DNA of 64,000 nt, taken from NCBI RefSeq assembly GCF_006345805.1, contig NC_043001.1, positions 67,394,001-67,458,000 of the forward strand, written 5' to 3'. Of this stretch, positions 1-12,103 are shown piece after piece. The stretch's first letter is position 1. Each line of letters opens with the position of its first letter. Made by a program: the position numbers and the translations under genes. The stretch comes from Octopus sinensis (taxonomy: Eukaryota). The notes under the pieces are model-generated. The model was not told the origin of the DNA and did no database searches. It saw only the letters and a program-made list of their open reading frames with translations.

Positions 1-319
1 GTATCCAAACTCAGTTCTAACTCTTTTGCTTAGCACCTGCCAAAAAGAGCACTTCAGTAATGACTTGTCACTGCAGGACTATACAACTTTCACCATCTCT
101 ACTTGTCAACACAGAGGGATAAATCCTAATTCTCTTTCTCTTTTACTTCCATCTGTTCTCCTAGCAGTCAACAAAAGACAAACTTGACTGCCTACAGAAT
201 GGATAATAGAATTGCAAATAATCTGCATACAGCAACAACTTGAAGTTATATCTTATTTTGTAACAATAGAATAAAGGCCATATCTAATAATGTTTTTCTT
301 CTTCTCATTTATTTGATAG

Positions 320-431
320 ATATTTTTGTCACATCATGTGTATGAATGGCTATGGGGTTCACCAGAATAAAATAGTATCAAAGGGATTCATAGATAAAAA
401 ATGGTTGAGAACCATTGATATCGAATGTGTG
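320..431 (+). CDS. Candidate internal exon E1 of an unidentified host gene (xYFCHIMCMNGYGVHQNKIVSKGFIDKKWLRTIDIECV)
   Basis: Pyrimidine-rich acceptor tttttcttcttctcatttatttgatAG (318-319); 112 nt open (1 nt + 37 codons); strong donor GTG|gtgagt at 432; non-repetitive sequence. No homolog recognised. Confidence 0.5.
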
Positions 432-1387
432 GTGAGTGAGTAGAGGAAAAGTGGAGCTGAGAGATCTCTTTTGTCCTTCCCTCACAGAGAACATGATACT
501 CTCTCTGGTACTCGTGCCACGAAACACCCAGTATACATTGCAAAGAAAATGGCAAAAAACAAGTGGACAAAGAATAAAGGTGTGAAGATTTTTTTAGTCC
601 TGTGTCACTGAGCACTTATCTGTTTATCTGGCACCATGAGAAAATGCACCAAGTACCTCTGTCAAGTGGTTGGTAATAGGATGAGCATCCAGCTGCAGAA
701 ACAAAGTTAAAATTGATAAGTATGAGCAGCAGTTTATGAAAGCAATGGCTCCCAATATGAAATAACTTGGATCAGGATAGCTCATCCAACCCATGTAAGT
801 ATGGAAATCAGACATAAGATGGTGTTGTTGTTGTTGTTGGTGGTGGTGATGGTGGTGGTGAGGATGATGATAAGATCTAGTATTAGCTACTTAATAAAAT
901 ATGCCTGATACAATTTGTAAAGTCGTTAGTGTTAAATGGAACATCTCTCTGTAGAAACCATGGCAAGATTATATGTGTATGAGTGAGATGTGGTCCACCA
1001 AGTCTTGAAGAGCAGCAAGTATTGGGGCACCATTTACAAGGGGTTTAAATGATTATATATCAGCCAGAGTATTTCTCTGGTACTTATTTTATAAGTCTAA
1101 TAAGATAGCAATTACTCAGTAAATAATAACTTAAAGGGAGATATAAACATCACAAGGTATTTTATGGGTTTTGTTCACCTCAAACTACATCGAAATATAC
1201 AAATATCTCCAATGTGTTATGGAAACACAGTATTTCTGAAAATTTTGCCATAACATGAAATTCTGTGACATGAAACCTACTTTTCCATTGACATCGGGCT
1301 ATAAATTGAAATGTATTCCAATGAAATTATATAAAGGAAAATACATAATACAATCACATTTATGTATAAAAATAACAAATTTTAAAT

Positions 1388-1597
1388 GCAGTATGTATGT
1401 ATGTATGTATGTATGTATGTATGTAGTATGTATGCATGTATGTATGTTTGTATGAATGTATGCTTGTATGTATGTATGTATGCATGTATGTATGTATGTT
1501 TATGTGTATGTATGTTTGTATGTATGTATGTATGTATGTATGTATGTATGTATGTATGTATGTATGTATGTATGTATGTATGTATGTATGTATGTAT
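1388..1597. repeat. (TATG)n microsatellite
   Basis: Directly visible; source of the YVCM/HTYI ORFs. Confidence 0.97.
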
Positions 1598-1989
1598 AAG
1601 TGTATAAAGCAATTAAAGGGGAAGACATTAAGTAAAAAGTGAGAACACAGAAATATCATAGCAGAATGTATTATACAGTAATGTCATATATATCCACCAC
1701 AGAAGGTGTAGTGGGGATTCTGCATTAACAAAATATAGTGGCCTTAATATTCTGAACAAAAGAATGATTTCAAATTTTGGCATAAGGCCACCAATTTTGA
1801 GGGATGGGGCAATTGTGGTGCTCAACTGTTACTTTATATTTTCTTGATCCTGAAAGAATGAAAAGCAAAGTTGACCCCACTGGCATTTGATCTCAGTACA
1901 TAAAGACATATGAAATGCTGCTAAGCATTTTGCCTGGTACACTAATGATTCTGCCAGCTTGCTACCATAATAATAATAATGTCCTACTA

Positions 1990-2190
1990 AAGGCACAAGG
2001 CCTGAAATTTGCAGGAGGGGGTAAGTCAATTACATTGACCCAGTACTCAACTGGTACTTACTTTATAGACCCAGAAAAGATGAAAGGCAAGTCAATCTTG
2101 GCAGAATTTGAACTCAAAACATAAAGATAGATGAAATGCCACTAAGCATTTTGTCGGGCATGCTAATGATTCTGCCAGCTCACCACCTTA
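1990..2190 (-). mobile_element. tRNA-derived SINE, family B (head aaggcggcgagctggcagaa..., core ctttcatcc...gtaccagttgagtactggggtcgat)
   Basis: Recurrent motif set. Further copies or fragments at about 1780-1960, 2265-2400, 3800-3990, 31850-32040, 43345-43520, 55173-55350, 61430-61660 and 61985-62165. Confidence 0.85.
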
Positions 2191-2208
2191 ACTAATAATG
2201 CTAATAAC

Positions 2209-2259
<51 letters not shown>

Positions 2260-2401
2260 CCTTTCTACTGGAGGTATGAGGCCTCAAATTTGGTGGGAGT
2301 GGACTAGCTGATTACATCAACCCCAGTGTTTCCCTGGTACTTAATTTATTGACCCTGAAAGGATGGAAGTGAAAGTCAATCTCAGTGGAATCTGAACTCA
2401 G

Positions 2402-2430
<29 letters not shown>

Positions 2431-2434
<4 letters not shown>

Positions 2435-3075
2435 CTGGTGGGAACACAATCCACCTCCAGTGCTTGAAAATGACCACATCTCACTCCTCTGAAACTTCAC
2501 CATTCAAACTGACAGGAAGATAGATGCAAATAGGCCAGACATCATATTGAAAGACTTCAGACAAAGAACATGCCTCCTCATTGATATGACTGTCCCAATC
2601 GATATAAACGTATCTGTCAAGACCTACCAAAAACTGAGCAAATATAAAGATCTTGAAATAGAAATCAGCAAAATGTGGAAGCTGAAGACTAAAACAATAC
2701 CTGTTGTCATAGGTGCCCTGGGAATGATAGCGAAAGGGACTAATTGCTACCTAACTCAGATACCAGGAAACCCCAAAATGGCAGAAATTCAAAAGATAGT
2801 GCTCATGGGAACTGCTCATATCCTACGCAAAATACTCTCTATGTAATCCCAAGGTTTAAAACAAACTTTTTTTATTTATTTATTTATTTTATTTTATTTT
2901 TTTTAATTTATTTATTTTTATTTTATTTTTATGTATTAGACATTCACTAGTACAACACCAAAAAAAAAAAAAAAACCCAAATATATGGCACAGAACTTCC
3001 AACCTGTTGTCTCTTGAGGTCTCTGGGTGAGACTTGGAGCCAACTTGTACAGACATAAAGCAAAAGTCAAACATA

Positions 3076-3076
<1 letters not shown>
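2431..3076 (+). mobile_element. 5'-truncated R4/Dong-clade non-LTR retrotransposon: restriction-like endonuclease domain plus 3' UTR, between (TAA)n tracts
   Basis: Reads WWEHNPPPVLENDHISLL..FTIQTDRKIDANRPDIILKDFRQRTCLLIDMTVP..KLSKYKDLEIEISKMW..IPVVIGALG (PD-D/ExK REL motif; ORF 2547-2846); TAA repeats on both sides. Confidence 0.88.
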
Positions 3077-3110
<34 letters not shown>

Positions 3111-3664
3111 GCCCTAATGCAGTACCAGGCAGTGGCTCTCATGGCTTCTGATCTTAACTGATTGGAAGTGTTATCATGTACATTGTTTTGTCTTGGTATA
3201 AAAGATGGGCTACAGCAAATATTCTGCTCAATGCCACAGATTTGCTTGTCAGTTGTTTGACCGTAACCAGTTGAGCATGTCCCTTAGTGGCTGACGATAT
3301 GTGCATCTCTGATCACGAGCAGAAGTAGTGGGGGAGCATCATAGCCATGTGTTGAGAGGGATTCTTTGGGGTTTGAATAATTCACCTCTGGAAACATGGG
3401 TGTTTCGTTCAACATCCTTAAACAACCCTTATTCAGGGACCTTTTGAGCGGGATGTGTTACTCGACCATAAGAAATTTCTAACTGGGCCCCACCTGCAAG
3501 GTCATGAGCTGTTTATTTTGATATGAGATCACCATGTTGCACACATATAGTTTTGATGCATGTGCCTAGTGTACCCTAATTAGACAGGTAGTCATGATGG
3601 GTATACTGGGCTTCATATATTTTACCCCAGTGTCACTTTGATGGCATGCACTGCTCTCTCACTC
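3111..3664 (+). mobile_element. Non-coding ~550-bp element 'X' inserted in (TAA)n
   Basis: Starts gccctaatgcagtaccaggcagtgg and ends ctctctcactc+(AAT)n. Homologous partial copies at 43532-43900 and 44553-44888 (minus). Confidence 0.85.
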
Positions 3665-3694
3665 AATAATAATAATAATAATAATAATGAGGGA

Positions 3695-3800
3695 AGAAGA
3701 AGAAGAAGAAGAAGAAGAAGAAGAAGAAGAAGAAGAAGAAGAAGAAGAAGAAGAAGAAGAAGAAGAAGAAGAAGAAGAAGAAGAAGAAGGAGAAGAAGAG
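3695..3800. repeat. (GAA)n microsatellite
   Basis: Directly visible; source of the poly-R and poly-L ORFs. Confidence 0.97.
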
Positions 3801-4294
3801 TTTCAAATTTTGGCACAAGGCCAGCAATTTTGAGGAGGGGATAAGTTGATTACATCGACCCCAGTGCTCAACTGGTTCTTATTTTATCAACCCTGGAAAG
3901 ATGAAAGGCAAAGTTGATCCCAACAGAATTTGAACTCAGAATATAGAGATATATGAAATCCTGTTAAGCATTTTACCCCATGTGCTAACAGTTCTGCCAA
4001 CAGTTCGGAAGAATGGAAATGAAAATATAAAGGGTTTGGAGAGAAGGAATGTCAAAGGGTTAGTAGCAACACAATAGGGGAAGAGGTACTGCATGATTAC
4101 GACCAGGTGCAAGATCTAGGTTGTAGAACTGGAGCATGCACAGGCAAGGGAGGAGAGGAGGGTGTGGGTAGATGTTGGCAAGAATGTTTAGAAAAATTGA
4201 GACTAAAGCCTTCATCAGATACATTTGTTGTTATCTTTCTGAAAACAGGGCTACTACAGGTACAGCTATGGCTATTTGCAGCTGTGGTTAAGTA

Positions 4295-4765
4295 CAGGCA
4301 TGGCTGTGTGGTAAGAAGTTTGCTCCCCAATCACATGGTTGTGGGTGCAGACCCACTGTGTGATACCTTGGGCAAGTGCCTTCTACTATATATAGCCTTG
4401 TGAGTGGGTTTGGAAGGCAGAAATTCAAAGAAGGATACTGGTGCTCCAGCATAGCCACAGGCTTTGGGATGAAATATATAAAAGAATAAAAGAATGTGTG
4501 TGTGTGCGTGTGTGTGCATGTATGTGTGTGTGTGAGAGTTTGTGTATGTGTCTGTGTTTTTATCCCCACAACTACTTGACAACCATAGTAGGTGTGTTTA
4601 CATCCCCATATCTTACCAGTTCAGCAAAAGCGATAAAAAAAATTAGTACCAGGCTTAAAAAAAACAGAACATATAAGTACTAGGGTCAATTCATTTGACT
4701 AAAATTCTATAAAGTGGTGTCCCTGCATGGTTACAATCTAATGACTGAAACAAATTAAAGATAAA
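4295..4765 (+). mobile_element. tRNA-derived SINE, family A (head ggcgcaggagtggctgtgtggtaag; central ccttgggcaagtgtcttctactatagcc...gtggatttggtagacggaaactg; internal microsatellite; conserved tail)
   Basis: A-box/B-box-like head plus conserved body. Other copies at about 5420-5570(-), 7701-8092(+), 9655-9785(-), 11093-11256(-), 13945-14310(-), 19590-19960(+), 25570-25720(+), 28361-28795(+), 34725-34890(+). Confidence 0.88.
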
Positions 4766-5360
4766 AGATGAAAGGTAAAAGATACCATATAATGCAACAA
4801 TTTAAACCTTTTTTTTTTTTACAAGTAAAGATTCCTTAAATTGACAAAATATTGATCTCTACTGATGTATCAGAAATATCAAATAGAAGATAAAATCTTC
4901 ATCATCATTTAGTGTCTGCTTTTCAATGCTTACATGGGTTAGATGGAATTTATTGAAGCATATTTCTACAGTTGGATGCCCTTCCTGTCACCAATCCTCA
5001 CCTATTTCCTAGCAAGGTTATATTTCTTCATAAGGACTTCTGGCGGTTTGCTGTGCATGAGAAGATATGCCAAGCTTAATAAAATCAGAACTGTCTATGC
5101 ACATAAGCATGTCGTCTACATTCCTCTTTCAGCCAAAAGTGCCCATGCCAATGTCACATAAAAACGCCCATGCCAAACAGACAAATGGCCAACTTCTGTT
5201 ATTCTGACCCATGCCAGCATGGAGAACTGATGTTAAAAGATGAGGATGATGATAGCTTGACATGTTTTTCACAGAATATTGGGAAAGAACAATATTCCTT
5301 ATATGACGAAGAAGCTCATTTACAAGCATCATGTGATATCTAGACAAGGTTACAGACATG

Positions 5361-5402
<42 letters not shown>

Positions 5403-5821
5403 CACAGCATTTCTTTCTGTTCCTGTCTTCCAAATCCACTTGCAAGGCTTTGATCAATCCAAGACTATAGTAGAAGACACTTGCCCAATGTGCCATGTTG
5501 TGGGACTGAACCCAAAACCATGTGTTTGGGATGTAAGCTCCTTAAACACACAGCTTCATCTGTGCCTGTATATAAAATAATATTCCATCCTTTATATATC
5601 ATTACATCTAATATAAATTAACTTTATTACTTGCAAATATTTAATAAATAGCTCAGTTTTTATTTTAATATCAAAATATTTCTCAAAGATTATTAAGTTT
5701 ATTAATATTATGTTTGTGTTCAGATTTTGGTGAGAACTGTGTCCTGTTAACTGTTCCAGTGCAGTTGAAATGCCTACAGTTTTGTTTTATAGCTTGTGTT
5801 CTTTTCTTAGTTGGTTTAATA

Positions 5822-5976
5822 CATAAAATATATTTACATTATTTATATTTGACGGATATTTGCTCTCATCTTGTTTGTTGTTAACACTATATTTTGGCTG
5901 ATATACCCTTCAACCTTCATCAGATGTCTTGGGGAAATTTTGAACCAAGGTTCTCATTCCTAAGGTATTTTTTTGA

Positions 5977-6030
<54 letters not shown>

Positions 6031-6103
6031 GGTCACTGCTTGGAATCGAACTCGGAATCTTGGGGTTAGTAGCCCGTGCTCTTAACCACTACGCTATATG
6101 CCC
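5822..6103 (-). mobile_element. SINE-like element: tRNA-like head (6103-6030), (TAA)n, and tail carrying a decayed hammerhead motif
   Basis: Minus strand reads gggcatatagcgtagtggttaagagcacgggctactaaccccaagattccgagttcgattccaagcagtgacct (A and B boxes; imperfect acceptor stem), then TAA repeats, then a tail containing CTGATGA at 5923-5917. Confidence 0.7.
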
Positions 6104-6104
6104 A

Positions 6105-6310
6105 TGACCTCAATAATAATAATATAACAACAACAACAACATCAAAAAAATACCTTACGAATGAGAACCCAGGTTCAAAATTTCCCCAAGACACCTGGGG
6201 AAAACGTGTTAACAACAAACAAGATGAAGACAAATATCCGTCAAATATAAATAATGTAAATAATATAAATAATGTACATAATTCCTCATCTCTTAAATAT
6301 AGAACTGTAT
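6105..6310 (+). mobile_element. Inverted, 5'-truncated second copy of the same element; hammerhead core deleted
   Basis: 6130-6290 is the reverse complement of 5822-5990, except that the CTGATGA/stem II segment is missing (gacacctg|gggaaaacgtgtt). Confidence 0.8.
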
Positions 6311-8964
6311 TATAAAATATATTCCTTTAAATATCTCTTTGTATTTCAAACATCTAAATTTTTATTGTCCCAGATCAGCCCTGATCCAACAAACATATGA
6401 TTAATCCTTTTATTACCATATTTATTTTGAGATGGCTTGTGTCTCTTTCAATTAGTTTTAAATATAACAAAGAATTTAGTAAAATAACTTAGTTATCATT
6501 CAGCTGGTGTTATGAACATAAATTGTGACTAAGGTTTGGTGGAAGATTTTAATTGAAAACTTATGGAAACAAGACAATTGTGCTACAGAGCTAGAGGCAG
6601 TTTCAGCCAGGTTGGTATCGAGAGAGTTAAATATATTTCAGTTATGATCATCTTGTTTTTATATAGGTATCATGAACTTCTCTATCTAATGTAGCCTTCT
6701 CTTTTGTGATTTAAGGGAGATTTTGGCTGCTATTTCTAGGGACTTAAGAGACAATGTGTGCATATAATTATCATTCTTTCACCTTTTTCTTGTTCCAGTC
6801 ATTAGACTGTGGTCATACTGGGGCACCACCTTGAAGAGTTTTAGTTGAATGAATCGATCCCAGTACTTATTTTTCTGGCAAGTCTGGTATTTATTCCATT
6901 GGTCTCTTTGCCAAACTGCCAAAACAAAAAAATAAATAAATAGATAATAAATAAATAACAATAAAAAAAAATTGGAAAGACCAGTTTTAATGAATATGAA
7001 ACACATCCAATACAATAAATTCCCCAATACAATCTGTATTACATCTCATTCATATAAATAATCTTGTCATGGTTTCTACAATGAGATGTTCCATCAAACA
7101 CTAACCGATTTACAGATTGTATTAGGTATATTTTATTGGGGAACTAACTCTAGATCTTATCCTTGCTTTCATCATCACCACCACCACCACCACCACCATT
7201 ATCATCATCAAGCTTTACAGGAAGGGAAAGAGTCTTAATTTTTTGGAAGTGGTTGAGAAAAAAAAAAGAGCAAGATGTTAGGAGCCAGGTGGGAATATAG
7301 TTCAAAGTAGGGAGTTAAGGAGGGATCAGGGATAGGTGTGCATGTGTGTACATGTATAGGTATGTATGTGTTTTGATATGGGCATAAGAAGAGAGCAGTG
7401 TGTGCGTGTTTTGCAGGGGCATGTCTGTGTGTAGAGGTGTACAAGTGTAGAAGTAAAATGACATGAATTAGTGGTGGGGTGAGGAGTCAGTAGTTTGTGT
7501 AATTGCATTGTGTGTGTAAGAAAAATCTAGAAGTGAGGGGATGCGACTGCATGCAAGTGTGAAGTGAAAGAGAAAGCAAGAGAAATGTTAGGTGTGTATA
7601 TATCTGTATCTATATACTGCTCTCGTGCTCTCTCTCTCTCTCTCTCTATTGATCTATATCACTAAATATATATTTATATATACACACATATATATATATA
7701 GGCGCAGGCATGGCTGTGTGGTAAGAAGCTTGCTTCCCAACCACATGGTTCTGGGTTCAGTCCCACTGTGTGGCACCTTCGGCAAGTGTCTTCTACTATA
7801 GCCTCGGGCTGACCAAAGCCTTGTGAGTGGATCTGGTAGATAGAAACTGAGAGGAGCCTGTCATGTACATATATATATTTATGTGTGTGTGTCTGTGTTT
7901 GTTCCCCTACCATCACTTGACAACCAATGTTGTGTTTACATCCCCAAAACTTAGCGGTTCAGCAAAAGAGTCTGATAGAATAAGTACTCGGCTTACAAAG
8001 AATAAGTCCTGGGGTTGATTTCTTCAACTAAAGGCTGTTCTCCAGCATGGCTGCAATCAAATGACTGAAATGTGTAAAAGAGTAAAAGAGTAATATACAT
8101 ATATACACACACACACACACACACATACACACATACGTAAGTATGCACACATATCTACATACATACATCAAGACAGTGCTCCAGCATGATTGTAGTCCAG
8201 TGACTAAAAGTGAATATGTGTGTGTGTGTGTGTGGGTGTACACATGTGTATATGTATGTGCATGTGTATTGTGCACGTATTTGTCTATTCATGTGTGTGT
8301 GTGTGTGTGCGTGTGCGCATGTGTGTATGTGTCTGTGTGTCAAAGAATACATCTTACACCATCAATGGCTGCTGCAGTAATAACTTCAGCTCGAAAAAAA
8401 TAAAGAACAAAAAACTATTAACATTATTAGTGAAGTTCACAGTTCCAAGGAGACACAGAAAAGTCTGTTTTCAAGTTACAACTCTATTAATGCTAGAATA
8501 AATTGGTTTTTCTTATAGTGGCACCAACCATATAGATGTATTTCATCATATTTTCTCCCTCTGTTGATTCACTAATCTTTGTTTTATCCAACTAAGTAAG
8601 GTGCCTCCTGAGAAAGTCAAGCAATCTCTTGACATATTAATATGAAATGTTATTTGATGAGAAATGATACAATGTTCATCCAATGATATCAACTAGAACT
8701 AATTATATTGATGTCTCTGATGTCTTAAATACCACACAGCTCTACTATTGTAACAGCAACAACAGCAACAACAAAAAGAAACAGAAATAAGATCTCCATG
8801 GCTCAAATATGGATTCCTGGTTCAAGCCTCAGTTGTAAGAGTTCTATATTATTTGTATTACTAACACTTTCGGGAAAACTTTAATGGAAAATTCTCTACC
8901 CCTCTTTCTCTCTCTCGCTCTCCATATATATATATATATATAAATATGTACATATGTACATTTA

Positions 8965-9038
<74 letters not shown>

Positions 9039-9817
9039 GTGTTCAAATTTACAGAAAAACAAAGCAAGTGTATTAATATGATTGAAGCTCAGGAAAAATG
9101 GAAAAGTTTTTTACGTTTCAAGCCTACGCTCTTCAACAGAAGGGAATTAGAGGAACCAAATATAGAAAGAGAATGAAAAATAAACAGAGAGTATATGTAT
9201 ATATATGTATATATATATTGCAGGAAAGAAAATTGTACACCTATGGCATGTGGTTGAACTTTTGAACTGGTGCTCCATCAACTTTGACAATAGGAGTTCC
9301 AGTTGATCTGAGCAATGGAACAGTCTGCTCATGAAATTGACAAGCAAATGGCTGAGCAATCTACAGACACTCATACCCTTAACACAGTTATCAAGAAGAT
9401 TCAGGATGATACAGAATGTGACAAGGCTGGCCCCTTGAAAAACAAGTACAACTGGGCTAGGGTTAGAGTGGACTGGAGCAATGTGAAATAAAGTGTCTTG
9501 TTCAAGGACTCAACACACTGCGGAGACTTGAGCTCATGACCTTATGATTGTAAGCAGAATGCCCTAACCACTAAGTCATGCACTTTCACTTCTCTCTATC
9601 TCTCTCTCTTTCTCTCTCTATGTATATGTATATATATATATATATATATATACTTTTATACTCTTTTATTTGTTTCAGTCATTTGACTGTGGCCATGCTG
9701 GAGCACCACCTTTAATCGAGCAACTCGACCCCGGGACTTATTCTTTTGTAAGCCCAGTACTTATTCTATCGGTCTCTTTTGCCGACATAAGACACACAAA
9801 CACACACACGCATATAT

Positions 9818-10852
9818 CGATATCCTACGTTCTACTTGCCTAGAACCTGTCCTCTGAACCACCCCTCCCACTGGTGTTCCCCTCACCCCTCCCACTGGTG
9901 TTCCCCTATATTTCTGCACCCCCCTCCACCACCATTATAGGTGTCTACTCTTTGAACCCCCCTCTTCAATACGCCATTTCACCATGCATTACCCCTCTCT
10001 CGATATCCTACGTTCTAATTGCCTAGAACCTGTCCTCTGAACCACCCCTCCCACTGGTGCTCCCCTATATTTCTGCACCCCCCCACCACCATTATAGGTG
10101 TCTACTCTTTGAACCCCCCTCTTCAATACGCTATTTCACCATGCATTACCCCTCTCTCGATATCCTACGTTCTACTTGCCTAGAACCTGTCCTCTGAACC
10201 ACCCCTCCCACTGGTGCTCCTTTATATTTCTGCACCCCCCCACCACCATTATAGGTGTCTACTCTTTGAACCCCCCTCTTCAATACGCTATTTCACCATG
10301 CATTACCCCTCTCTCGATATCCTACGTTCTACTTGCCTAGAACCTGTCCTCTGAACCACCCCTCCCACTGGTGCTCCCTTATATTTCTGCACCCCCCCAC
10401 CAACCATTATAGGTCTACTCTTTGAACCCCCCTCTTCAATACGCTATTTCACCATGCATTACCCCTCTCTCGATATCCTACGTTCTACTTGCCTAGAACC
10501 TGTCCTCTGAACCACCCCTCCCACTGTGCTCCCCATATTTCTGCACCCCCCCACCACCATTATAGGTGTCTACTCTTTGAACCCCCCTCTTCAATACGCT
10601 ATTTCACCATGCATTACCCCTCTCTCGATATCCTACTTCTCTTGCCTAGAACCTGTCCTCTGAACCACCCCCTCCCTCCCACTGGTGCTCCCTTATATTT
10701 CTGCACCCCCCCACCACCACCAAGCCCCCCTTTCAATACGCTATTTCACCATGCATTACCCCTCTCTCGGTATCCTACGTTCTACTTGCCTAGTACCTGT
10801 CCTCTGAACCATCCCTCCCACTGGTGCTCCCCTATATTTCTGCACCCCCCCC
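9818..10852. repeat. Minisatellite, ~156-bp unit, 6.5 copies
   Basis: Units begin cgatatcctacg at 9818, 10001, 10158, 10315, 10471, 10626 and 10768; C-rich on the + strand. Confidence 0.97.
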
Positions 10853-10854
10853 AT

Positions 10855-11085
10855 AAAAAGCACCATCCGAACGTGGCCGATGCAGACCCTCTGGCACCTG
10901 TGCAGGTGGCACGTAAAAAACACCCACTACACTCGCGGAGTGGTTGGCGTTAGGAAGGGCATCCAGCTGTAGAAACACTGCCAGACTAGACTGGAGCCTG
11001 GGGCAGTCCCGAGCTCCCCAGACCCCGGTCGAAACCGTCCAACCCGTGCTAGCGCGGAAAACGGACGTTAAATGATGATGATGAT
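10855..11085 (+). mobile_element. RTE LINE 3' tail ending in (GAT)n
   Basis: ggttggcgttaggaagggcatccagctgtagaaac...ggacgttaaatgatgatg, the same tail as the RT-containing copies at 27030-27185 and 41290-41455. Confidence 0.85.
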
Positions 11086-11254
11086 ACATATATACGACGG
11101 GCTTCTTTCAGTTTCCATCTACCAAATCCACTCACAAGGCTTTGGTCAGCCCGAGGCTATAGTAGAAGACACTTGCCGAAGGTGCCATGCCGTGGGACTG
11201 AACCCGGAACCATGTGGTTGGTAGACAAGCTACTTACCACACAGCCACTCCTGC

Positions 11255-11295
<41 letters not shown>

Positions 11296-11336
11296 AGTAT
11301 ATAATATGTATATATATATATATATGTATATAAGTA

Positions 11337-11413
<77 letters not shown>

Positions 11414-11564
11414 GGTTATAAAATGAGATAGGGGTTGAAAATTCAACCCACCATGGGATAACATATATCCAATATACTGCTAGATAGGTACCCAACAAGA
11501 CTAATACATAGATGTTAAAAATTGCCAAACAATCAGTTCATCTATTGTATTATATGGGTTAAAT

Positions 11565-11607
11565 GAGGTATGACTGCCCTCACTGCCGAAACAGCTGTCA
11601 GATTTGA
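11565..11607 (+). ncRNA. Decayed minimal hammerhead ribozyme (3' half intact, CUGA core lost)
   Basis: ga-ggtatga..tcactgcc-GAAA-c-agct-g-TC-agatttga; palindromic loop III ACAGCTGT. Confidence 0.5.
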
Positions 11608-12053
11608 TTTAATTACATATTATATTTGAAATTTTATACTTATATCTCTTTGTCTATTTACATTTACTGTATATTTTGTATAATGCCTTTACTGATATGT
11701 AATGGTGTAATAAAGTATTGATTGGGTATCATCTGATAGTTGATGTTTTATTGATTTAAGTATGTTTCTCCATTTTCTAATTTTGTAGTATATATATATA
11801 TATATATATATAGGGATGGTATTATTGAAATACCATCACGCGTGGTAAGCGAACTATCAGCCATACAGGAAAATTAATAAAATACATACATACAATATTA
11901 GATATGTACACATATACACAAGGATACTATATGAGTACCTATATCGCTAATGATAGAAGTCAAAAAATATCTCTGTACCACCAAATAGTCACAAATCCAT
12001 TACAGACATGATAGGAAAAAATATCAGTGAACAATAATAATGTCTTACCTCAT

Positions 12054-12099
<46 letters not shown>

Positions 12100-12103
12100 T
12101 ATA

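Noticed and set aside
3111-3200. HDV-like ribozyme at the 5' end of element X
   Set aside because: A P4-like hairpin preceded by GG exists, but I could not place a consistent P1/P3/L3 (no UCCxCG-type loop). This needs a descriptor search such as RNArobo.
6030-6103. Functional tRNA-Ser(ACT) gene
   Set aside because: The acceptor stem has mismatches and the sequence runs into a TAA tract and repeat tail, so it is treated as a SINE head.
9818-10852. CRISPR-like or retrozyme-like reading of the 156-bp array
   Set aside because: There are no unique spacers and no cas genes, and no complete hammerhead core on either strand (ttgaaga on the minus strand lacks stem II and GAAA).
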